Shown: in pieces, positions 1 through 7,565 of the stretch | Position numbering within the stretch: the first letter of the stretch is position 1 | How the letters are laid out: each line of letters begins with the position of its first letter | Assembly (NCBI GenBank): GCA_934635385.1 | Contig: CAKTZI010000011.1 | Coordinates: 20,488 to 84,487, forward strand | Source of the DNA: an uncultured Kiritimatiellota bacterium | GTDB taxonomy: Bacteria > Verrucomicrobiota > Kiritimatiellia > RFP12 > UBA1067 | DNA length: 64,000 bases | Reading direction: 5' to 3' | The notes under the pieces: generated by a model | Seen by the model: only the letters and a program-made list of their open reading frames with translations | Told to the model about the DNA's origin: nothing | Database searches by the model: none | Position numbers and translations under genes: made by a program

Positions 1-456
1 CAGCGCCTCGATCGCGGCGGGCGGCGCGTAGAGCGACGTGTCGAGGCACGTGTGAAGCCCCGCCGCCTTGAACCGCCCGAACAGCTCCGCCGCCCACTCC
101 CAGAAGAACAGCGGCTCGCCGCCCGACAGCGTGACGCCGCCGCCCGTGCGGTCGTAGAACGGCCTGTCCTCCAGCGCCCGGACGACGAGCGCGTCCTGCG
201 TCCACGGCCTCCCGTAGAGCCTGAACGCCCGCGTCGGACACGTCGCCTCGTCATGCGTGCAGTGCGCACAACGGCGGCAGAGGTGCCGGAAGCGCGCCTC
301 CTGCGGCCTCGGGTCGATGGACTCCGGGTTGTGGCACCAGACGCAGCGGAGCGGACACCCCTTCACGAAGAACGTCGTGCGCAGCCCCGGCCCGTCGTAG
401 ACGGCCATGCGCTTGACGTCCAGCATCAGCGGCGTCCGATACGGCACTTCACTCAT
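1..456 (-). CDS. Glycyl-radical enzyme activating protein (radical SAM, PFL-AE family). Only the N-terminal 152 codons are present; the 3' end lies outside the window.
   Basis: Absent from the ORF track because it is open at the window edge. Translation from the ATG at 456-454 gives MSEVPYRTPLMLDVKRMAVYDGPGLRTTFFVKGCPLRCVWCHNPES. This contains the CxxxCxxC radical-SAM motif, followed by a Cys-rich ferredoxin-like stretch (CRRCAHCTHDEATCP) and GGGVTLSGGEP. The start overlaps the stop of the upstream gene (ATGA). Confidence 0.85.
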   Translation of the reverse strand, partial: MSEVPYRTPLMLDVKRMAVYDGPGLRTTFFVKGCPLRCVWCHNPESIDPRPQEARFRHLCRRCAHCTHDEATCPTRAFRLYGRPWTQDALVVRALEDRPFYDRTGGGVTLSGGEPLFFWEWAAELFGRFKAAGLHTCLDTSLYAPPAAIEAL

Positions 457-3400
457 TCCGCATGCCTCCAAGTCGAGAACCAGCGCCGCTTCGTCGGGCG
501 CTTCGAGAGGCCGCCGTCAAACCAGTCAGGGTAGGCTTTCAGCACGGCCCCGCCCAGCGGCGCGGCCTCGTATGCGAGATCGTCCGGCCCGGCGGCATCC
601 GCCTTCAGCAGCTCCGCCCACGTCGCCTCCGGCTCGAAGCGCGCGGCGTCGTAAGGCTCCGGGTCGGGCAGCCCCGCCCCGTCGCCGGGGATCAGGAAGC
701 CGGACTGCGTCGGCGCGAGGCGCTCCGGCGCGCGCGTCACGCGCCCCGTCGCCGGGTCGAGCCACTTGCCGTCCGCCGCCAGGGGCCTGGCCGTCCCGGA
801 CGCGTTGACGAGGAAGAAGACCGTCGTCCTCCCGTCCGTCCGCGCGACCTGCCCGAACGGGACGTCGAGCCGCGCCTCCGAGGGATCGCCCCACTGCAGG
901 ACGGCCTGGCACCGGTGGCAGTAGCCGAACCAGGCCTCCTCCGCCCTGCCCCAGACCTGGTTGCGCCCGAAGTGGACGCCCCACCGGCCCATCGTGACGC
1001 CGGGCTTCACGTCGTCGCCCCACGGCTGGTGGACGACCGAGTGGAGGACGAGCCGGTTGACGCCGCCGAGGTACGCGCCGTCCCCGCACCGCTTCAGCTG
1101 GGCCGGCGTCTCCGTGAAGGCGGTCGTCTCCGGCGCGCCCGTGAACGCCTCGGCCTCGATGACGTTGTGGCGCGTCCCGTCCAGGCGCCTCCAGCGCGCC
1201 CACGCGCGGCGGTCGACCTTCGCGGGCCTGTCCGGCGTGAACCAGAACTCGGTCATCAGCCGGTCGACGTGGGGCGCGGCCTCTGCCGTCTCGAACGGCC
1301 CCCCGTACGGCTCGCAGGAGAGCTCCAGCCCCTCCGCGCGCACGCGCCGCCCCACCTCGGCGAAGAGGACGTCTCGGTAGAGGTCCTTCACCGTCCGGTC
1401 GAAGTCGCGCCGGAACCTCGCCGCCTCGGCGGCCGTGTAGAGGTTCGTGTAGCCGCCGAGGACCGGCAGGTACGGCATCGGGTCGTAGCCGCGCCGGCGG
1501 CGGAACTCCTCCGGCATCTCCGGCGTCCACGTCGGCGTCCCGGCCTCGTAGCTGTCGAGGAGGATGTGCGTCAGGCCCGCCGCCCGCAGGTCGGGGCCGA
1601 GCCGCCGGTGCAGCTCGCCGAAGACGGCATCGAGATGGAATCGCACGGCCTCGCGGCTCATCTTGTCGCACTCGAGGCCCCGGTTCGCCCAGTCGCAGGG
1701 CTGCGTGAACGCGCCCATGGGGACGTGCCCGACGGGCACGCCGCGCACCGTGCCGAGGGGCACGTAGTCCGTCCGCCGCGCCGCGCAGTCCGGCTTCTCG
1801 TACCGGCCCGCGTCCTCGTTGTAGACGGGGAAGAGCGCGTTCGCCGCCAGCGGGATCTCGCCGACGTCGCGGACGCCGAAGACGAGCTCGCGCATCGCGA
1901 GGCGCGGGGGGATCCACGTGCCGCCCGTGTGCGTGTAGCCCGGGCAGTTGTGGAGCCCGATCCCGATGCCGCGCCGTTTCCCCTCGGCGCAGGCCCGCCT
2001 CACGCACGTCCACCAGGCGTCCGAGTAGGGCTGCCCGATTCCCGTCGGGACGTTCGCGATGCGCTTGGCCCACGGCACCGTCGCGTCCGCCAGCCCGAAG
2101 ATCGTCGCCGACGTCACGCCCCTGCTCGCCATCCAGTCGAGGTCCTTGACGATGCCCTCCTCGGTGACCTGCCGCCCCATCCAGTGCCACCAGACGCCAA
2201 CGTGCGCCTGCGGGGGTGGATTCGCGAACACCTCCTCCGGCGAGGGACGCTTCTCCGCCGCCGCGCGCACGGGCGCGAGGGACAGGTACCCGGAGACGGG
2301 ACAGGCCACGCGCCGGAGGCCATGTGCGAGGGCGACCGTGCCGGTCGCGCGCCCGAACACGTCATGCGCCGTCGCCTCGGCCGCCGCCGCGAGGTCGAGC
2401 GTGAGCGTCGCCTGCCGCGTCGCGTTGAGGACAAGGGTCGCGCGGTCGCCCGCACACGGCACGACCTGCCCCTCGGCGTAGACGGCCACGACGCGCTCCG
2501 TCGCGTCGGCGGACTCGACGAGCGGATACATCAGCTCCGGATGGTGCGCACGGAACGTCCCCTTGAGCAGCGCCGACCGGTGGCGCTTCGCAAAGCCGAT
2601 CCAGTGGCGAATGACGGCACAATGGCTCTCGGGCAGCGTCGCCAGCCGCATCGAGTACTGCACGACGCCGAAGATCGCGTTCAGGATGACGCGTCCCGCG
2701 TCTTCGGGCGTGTCGTCCGGGCTCCAGACGAGCATGTCGGAATGGACGGCCGTCTCGCCGGACGTCAGGCGCAGGTCCGCGATGCGGCGGCGGTTCCCGA
2801 CCAGGTCCGACGGGCAGTCGGTCGCGCGCAGGATGTTGCCGTACGGGCGGATGCCGGGGCCGATGTACTTCTGCCGGAACTCGACCAGCACGTCCGGCTT
2901 GACCGCGACAAGCGCCGCGCGCACGTCCGTCATCAGGCGCTCCACGCCCTCGGAGACCGTCCTGCAGTCGCGCCCCTTCCAGCCCTCGGCAAATGCAGGG
3001 TCGTTCGCATCCACGGAAAAGGCGTCGATGAAGTCGAGCTTGAGCCCGTCGAAGTCCCAGTCGCGTACGCAGCGGACATACGTGTCGACCAGGTACCGGC
3101 GCACCTCCGGGAAGCGCGGGTCGAGGACGCCGACGGTCTTGCCGCAGCGGAGGAACTTTCCCTCGAACCGCCTGTACGCGGCCGATTCCACGCCGACAAA
3201 CGGCACGGACAGCCAGAGAAGATACTTCTCGATGCCCGCCGCGTGGACGGCGTCGACGTGCGCGCGGAAGTCGGGGAAGCGGCCCTTCGCCGGCAGCCAG
3301 TCGCCCGTCGCGGAGTAGACGTCGCGCGACGTCTCCTTCTGCCAGCCGTCGTCGAGGATCATCGACTTCATGCCGAGTTCCGCCGCGAGGCGCGCCTCGC

Positions 3401-4094
3401 GTTCGAGATCGGCGGCGTGGACGTCCTGCCAGAACGCATACCAGCTCGAATAGAGCGGCTCGAACGCCGCCTCCGGCACGCGGCAGGGGGTCAGCCCCGC
3501 CGTCCGCTCGATCCAGCGCGTCGCCTCGGCGACGGCTTCGCCGAACGGCACGGGCCGGCGATCGACGAGGATCTTCACCTCGTAGGACGAACGCGGCGCC
3601 TCCGGCTGCGTGAAGAAGCGGAAGCGCCCTTCCAGCCGCGCGTCCGTCGAATGGCAGGTGATGGCGAACTTCACCGTCCGCCGGCACTCGGACGCGGCAA
3701 TCAGCAGATGGTTCTCGTCGCTTTCGTTGAAGACGCAGCTGATCGGCGGCATCTGCGCCAGCGCGGCGACGTGGCGCACCGTGCCCCATTCCGACGCGAA
3801 CAGGCGGCTGCGCTCGCTCTCCTCGGAGATGGGCACCCAGCAGTTGTGCGCATCCGCCCCGCTCGTCGTCAGGTAGGCGTCGAACACGGGCGGCGCCGCC
3901 GGGACGGGCGACGTCAGCGAGACGGTGAACACCTCGCGACCGACGGCGTCTTCGCCGCGCGTGACGTCAAACGTCCAGTCTCCCGGCTTCTCGCAGCTCG
4001 TCAGAAGCTCGACGGCCAGCGCCGCGCGGCAGGCGACGGCCGCAACCGCCGCCAGCGCAACCGCCCCTCTTCCCCCGGAAGCGGCGCGCGTCAT
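453..4094 (-). CDS. Two-module secreted glycoside hydrolase. The N-terminal half is GH36/GH27-like (alpha-galactosidase type); the C-terminal ~600 aa is an uncharacterised glycosidase-like module.
   Basis: 1213-aa ORF. It contains MILDDGWQ and DGLKLDFIDAF (KxD), motifs typical of the alpha-galactosidase clan. The C-terminal half begins VGVWWHWMGRQVTEEGIVKDLDWMASRGV, which resembles large Bacteroidota/PVC glycosidases. The N-terminus is hydrophobic and Ala-rich. There are ATGA overlaps at both ends. Confidence 0.7.
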   Translation of the reverse strand: MTRAASGGRGAVALAAVAAVACRAALAVELLTSCEKPGDWTFDVTRGEDAVGREVFTVSLTSPVPAAPPVFDAYLTTSGADAHNCWVPISEESERSRLFASEWGTVRHVAALAQMPPISCVFNESDENHLLIAASECRRTVKFAITCHSTDARLEGRFRFFTQPEAPRSSYEVKILVDRRPVPFGEAVAEATRWIERTAGLTPCRVPEAAFEPLYSSWYAFWQDVHAADLEREARLAAELGMKSMILDDGWQKETSRDVYSATGDWLPAKGRFPDFRAHVDAVHAAGIEKYLLWLSVPFVGVESAAYRRFEGKFLRCGKTVGVLDPRFPEVRRYLVDTYVRCVRDWDFDGLKLDFIDAFSVDANDPAFAEGWKGRDCRTVSEGVERLMTDVRAALVAVKPDVLVEFRQKYIGPGIRPYGNILRATDCPSDLVGNRRRIADLRLTSGETAVHSDMLVWSPDDTPEDAGRVILNAIFGVVQYSMRLATLPESHCAVIRHWIGFAKRHRSALLKGTFRAHHPELMYPLVESADATERVVAVYAEGQVVPCAGDRATLVLNATRQATLTLDLAAAAEATAHDVFGRATGTVALAHGLRRVACPVSGYLSLAPVRAAAEKRPSPEEVFANPPPQAHVGVWWHWMGRQVTEEGIVKDLDWMASRGVTSATIFGLADATVPWAKRIANVPTGIGQPYSDAWWTCVRRACAEGKRRGIGIGLHNCPGYTHTGGTWIPPRLAMRELVFGVRDVGEIPLAANALFPVYNEDAGRYEKPDCAARRTDYVPLGTVRGVPVGHVPMGAFTQPCDWANRGLECDKMSREAVRFHLDAVFGELHRRLGPDLRAAGLTHILLDSYEAGTPTWTPEMPEEFRRRRGYDPMPYLPVLGGYTNLYTAAEAARFRRDFDRTVKDLYRDVLFAEVGRRVRAEGLELSCEPYGGPFETAEAAPHVDRLMTEFWFTPDRPAKVDRRAWARWRRLDGTRHNVIEAEAFTGAPETTAFTETPAQLKRCGDGAYLGGVNRLVLHSVVHQPWGDDVKPGVTMGRWGVHFGRNQVWGRAEEAWFGYCHRCQAVLQWGDPSEARLDVPFGQVARTDGRTTVFFLVNASGTARPLAADGKWLDPATGRVTRAPERLAPTQSGFLIPGDGAGLPDPEPYDAARFEPEATWAELLKADAAGPDDLAYEAAPLGGAVLKAYPDWFDGGLSKRPTKRRWFSTWRHAE

Positions 4095-5284
4095 TTCCCG
4101 TCTCCCCGTCCGACCACACGCCTGACGGCATCGAGGTACGCACGGCCGTTGCGCGTGTCAGGCATGAGCCACGAGCCCTCGGTGTACTCGTTCCAGGCGT
4201 TGATGAGAATCGCGCCCGGCTTCTTGGGGTCTTCCGCCGCGCGCCGCAGCGCCGTGCGCAGCGCCCCCGCGAACTTCTCCGGCGTGGCGTTCGCGAAGAT
4301 GCCCATGTAGGGATAGTGGGACGCCCGCCAGGGGAACGGCTCCGCCGGATCGCAGCGCGCCGTGCAGTCCCATCCGCGCGGAACGATCGGGATGTGCATC
4401 GGCGACACCTCCGCGAGCCCGCAGTTCACCGCGTCAGCCGATTCCACGAGATCGTCGTATTCCATCACGAACTGGCGGCTCCGCTCCATGGCCGAGCCTT
4501 TCTTGGAATGGAAGCCGTTGATGGAGTAGACGGACGTCGAGTCGAAGCCCGCCTCGACCGCAGGGCCGGCGTTCCCCGCGTTGAAGACCATCGCGTTGAA
4601 GTGGACGGGCGGAAGTCCCTTCGCCCGCACGAGCGCCTGCGCCTTCGCCAACGTCTCCCGCGTCTTCGCAGGGCCGCCCATGTCCTTCACGAACCGGTCG
4701 CTCGAATACATCGAGAAGAAGATCTTCCCGTCCTTCCGGTAGTAGCCGGGATCGGCGAAATAGGTCTGCGCGCAGTAGGCGAACGCGGCGAGGAAGTCTT
4801 CCTCGGTGCGCGCGAGCTTCCAGAGCCAGTGCTTCTTCTCCTCGCCGAACTTCGACTGGAACGGCACGTCGCGATCATGGTAGGCCCACATCAGGGCGAA
4901 CTTCATGCGGCTGCGGTTCGCCGCCTTCATGAAGCCCCGCTCCAGACCCTCGTGCTGAATGGGCTTTCCGTTCGCCCAGTACCAGTCGTAGAGGAAGACG
5001 TCGATGCCGGCGTCCGCCGCGAGGTCGATCTCCTGCGCGGCGACCTTCGGGTCGCTTTCGTCGTAGAAGCCCATGAGGGGAATGACCGGCTGGTGGTGGC
5101 CGGGGAACTTCGCCACGGTGTTCGAGACGCACATCCATTCGGTCGTCCCCTTCCCGTAATACGCCTCCCATTCGGGGTAGACGTGCCATTCGGGGTAGTA
5201 GATGCACAGGACGTCGATCTTGTCGGGTTCGCCGCCCAGCGCCGTCAGGGCCAGCAGCGACAGCATCGGAATCAGTTTCTTCAT
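4091..5284 (-). CDS. WbsX-family (PF14307-like) glycosidase/glycosyltransferase-fold protein with a Sec signal peptide.
   Basis: MKKLIPMLSLLALTALGG signal. IYYPEWHVYPEWEAYYGKGTTEW...FPGHHQPVIPLMGFYDESDP...GIDVFLYDWYW matches the conserved WbsX N-terminal block. An AAGGAG Shine-Dalgarno sequence lies upstream. Confidence 0.75.
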   Translation of the reverse strand: MKKLIPMLSLLALTALGGEPDKIDVLCIYYPEWHVYPEWEAYYGKGTTEWMCVSNTVAKFPGHHQPVIPLMGFYDESDPKVAAQEIDLAADAGIDVFLYDWYWANGKPIQHEGLERGFMKAANRSRMKFALMWAYHDRDVPFQSKFGEEKKHWLWKLARTEEDFLAAFAYCAQTYFADPGYYRKDGKIFFSMYSSDRFVKDMGGPAKTRETLAKAQALVRAKGLPPVHFNAMVFNAGNAGPAVEAGFDSTSVYSINGFHSKKGSAMERSRQFVMEYDDLVESADAVNCGLAEVSPMHIPIVPRGWDCTARCDPAEPFPWRASHYPYMGIFANATPEKFAGALRTALRRAAEDPKKPGAILINAWNEYTEGSWLMPDTRNGRAYLDAVRRVVGRGDGK

Positions 5285-5329
5285 GTCTTTTCTCCTTTGT
5301 AGTTTCTCTTGTGAGGTTCGCCCGCGAAA

Positions 5330-7549
5330 TCACAGGCCTTCCTGCGCCTCGGCGGTCGCGAGGAAGTGCAGCTGCTCGGCGCGGGAGAGGTCGACCCAGC
5401 GCACGTTCCAGCCGCAGACGCGCACCTGCAGGTCGGGGTAGCGCTCCGGGTGCGCCATCGCGTCGCGCAGCGTCGCCGCGCGGAAGCAGTTGAAGTGGAT
5501 GCACTGCCCGCCCCGTTCGGCATACGCCGTGAGGAGCGCGACGAGATGCGCCGCCGCCTCCGGGTTCTCCGCGAGCGTCATCGGCACGATGACGTCCGAG
5601 ATGAACCCGTCCGCCGCCTCGGCCTGGTCGAGCTTCGTCTGCGAGAGGATGAGCGCGGTCGGGCCGCCCGTGCCGCAGCCCGCCGTCGCGGAATTGTTCC
5701 GCGAGAGCGTCTCGCCCGCCTTGCGGCCGTCCGGCGTCGCCGCCGTCTGCCGTCCGAGCAGGAGGTCGTTGTCGATCGACCAGAGCCCCATCTGGAACGT
5801 TCCGCCATGCCCGTTCGGCTCGCGGTTGAGGCGGCGCGCGAGAGCGTCGGACACCTGCCGCGCAAAGGCGTCCGCGCGGTCGTCGTTGTTGCCCCACTTG
5901 GGCGGCACGCGGCGCGCCCGGAGGCGCAGCGTCTCGTGTCCCGCCCAGTCGGCCTTCAGGATGTCGCGCAGTTCGGCCATCGTGACGGCCTTCGCCTCGT
6001 CGACGAGATACCGCACGGCGGCGAGCGCATCGACGACGGTCGCGAGCCCCGCGCACATGACGCCGGACTGGTTGTACTTGAGGCCGCCCGCACAGGCGTC
6101 GCGCGCGTTCGCCACCGCGTCGCGGAACGCGCCCGACATGAGCGGCGAGGGGTTGAGATCCGTCCAGCTCTCGGCGTAGACGCGCGCCGCCGCGCACGCC
6201 CGCGCCGCCACTGCGTCGAGCTGGCGCAGATAGGCGTCCAGAAAGCCGGCGGCGTCCGCCGGGAGCGGCAGGTCGGGGCCGAGTCGGAAGCCGTCGAACG
6301 TGCAGCCGGCGTTGAGCGCAAGCTCAAGCGGCTTGGCGAGGTTGATCCACGCGGTCATCGACGCAATGATCTCGCGGCCCTGGATGCCCGGCTCGTAGCA
6401 GCCGATCAGCACGGCGTCCGCCGCGTCGGCGGGATCCTTTCCGCGCCGCACGAACATCTCCTGCGCCACGTCGTCGTTGAGAAAGACGATCGAGCTGCGT
6501 CCGCGCGCGATGAGGCGGCAGACCTTCTGCAGCTGCTCCGGCGGCGTGCGGCGGCCGAAGCGGAACGTCAGCTTCGGGTTCACGCGGTTGAGTTCATCGT
6601 GCAGCTCAAAGGCGATCTCCGTCAGCTCGTTCCAGACGGGCGCGCCGTCGCGGTCGCAGCCGCCGAGGCCGACGTTCTTGTTGTTGACGAAGTTCTGGAT
6701 CCAGTACTTGTCGAAGGTCGCCCGCACGAGCGCCTTCGCGTCCGCGCGCGTCAGGCGTCCCGCCGCGAGGTCGTCGCGGTAGAAGCGGATGAAGAGGCGG
6801 TCGAAGAGCCCCTGCGTGCGCACGTACTCGCCCTCGGCCTCCTGGCAGCGGTCGTAGAGGAGCCACAGCTGCAGCGCCTCGCGGAACGTGCGTGGCGGAT
6901 GGGCCGCGATCTCGCGCAGCGTCGCCGCACAGGCCGTCGCGCCCCGCGCGTCGGCGACGTCCGCCCAGCGGCGGGCGAACGCGGACATCGCGTCGTAGAC
7001 TTCGGCGACGCAGTCGAGGAACAGGCGTTCCGCATCCGTCGCCGCCGTCTCGCGCCGCGTCCGCGCACGCGCGGCCAGTCCCGTCGGGCCGAGCGTCAGC
7101 ACCGACTCCCAGTCGGGACAGGTGTGGCTCGTGTCGAGACAAGCGTGGTAGGCGCCGTGCGTGTCGCCGCGCCGAACGTCCGTGCCGCCGCCCGTCGCGG
7201 CGAACTCGGGGCGTCCCCGCGCGAACGCCGCGACGCGCACGTCGCGCAGCTCCATCAGGAGCGTGTCGTCGGGACACCAATCGACGAACGTGTCGTCCGC
7301 GCGCACGGCGAGACGCGCGTGCGCAAAGAAGGCGACGAGCTGCTTCGTGCGCGTGACGACGAAGGGACAGCCCTTCGTCTCCTCGGCGATGCGCAGGAGA
7401 AGCGCGCGCAGGTCGGCGCGCGACAGCCCCGAACCGTCCACGATCTCGGCGGTGCGGTCAAAGGGGTTTGGCTTCTTCGCGGCCACCAGATTCGGCGGCA
7501 GGGCGGCAAGCGCCGCCGTGCCCACGACAAATTCCCGCCGGCTCATCAT
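5330..7549 (-). CDS. Glycyl-radical enzyme (PFL2 / dehydratase-lyase clade, divergent and short at 739 aa) with an N-terminal twin-arginine signal.
   Basis: The C-terminus HFNCFRAATLRDAMAHPERYPDLQVRVCGWNVRWVDL is the glycyl-radical fingerprint. LIGCYEPGIQGRE is the Cys-x-Glu thiyl loop. The N-terminus is MMSRREFVVGTAALAALPPNLVAAKK. A GGGGGAAGGA Shine-Dalgarno sequence precedes the start. Confidence 0.9.
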   Translation of the reverse strand: MMSRREFVVGTAALAALPPNLVAAKKPNPFDRTAEIVDGSGLSRADLRALLLRIAEETKGCPFVVTRTKQLVAFFAHARLAVRADDTFVDWCPDDTLLMELRDVRVAAFARGRPEFAATGGGTDVRRGDTHGAYHACLDTSHTCPDWESVLTLGPTGLAARARTRRETAATDAERLFLDCVAEVYDAMSAFARRWADVADARGATACAATLREIAAHPPRTFREALQLWLLYDRCQEAEGEYVRTQGLFDRLFIRFYRDDLAAGRLTRADAKALVRATFDKYWIQNFVNNKNVGLGGCDRDGAPVWNELTEIAFELHDELNRVNPKLTFRFGRRTPPEQLQKVCRLIARGRSSIVFLNDDVAQEMFVRRGKDPADAADAVLIGCYEPGIQGREIIASMTAWINLAKPLELALNAGCTFDGFRLGPDLPLPADAAGFLDAYLRQLDAVAARACAAARVYAESWTDLNPSPLMSGAFRDAVANARDACAGGLKYNQSGVMCAGLATVVDALAAVRYLVDEAKAVTMAELRDILKADWAGHETLRLRARRVPPKWGNNDDRADAFARQVSDALARRLNREPNGHGGTFQMGLWSIDNDLLLGRQTAATPDGRKAGETLSRNNSATAGCGTGGPTALILSQTKLDQAEAADGFISDVIVPMTLAENPEAAAHLVALLTAYAERGGQCIHFNCFRAATLRDAMAHPERYPDLQVRVCGWNVRWVDLSRAEQLHFLATAEAQEGL

Positions 7550-7565
7550 CGTCCGTCCTTCCCCC

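Noticed and set aside
462-4310. Very long plus-strand ORF (1282 aa). There are similar antisense giants at 5366-7576, 7161-11228, 18679-20673, 37534-39870 and 48718-51339 on the plus strand. On the minus strand there are 55708-57270 and 57808-59823.
   Set aside because: They are Arg/Ala/Gly/Pro/Asp-rich low-complexity translations lying exactly antisense to genes with clear homology (glycosidase, GRE, LamG protein, GH5, antiporter, FeoB, ROK, AGCS). These are typical shadow ORFs of high-GC DNA.
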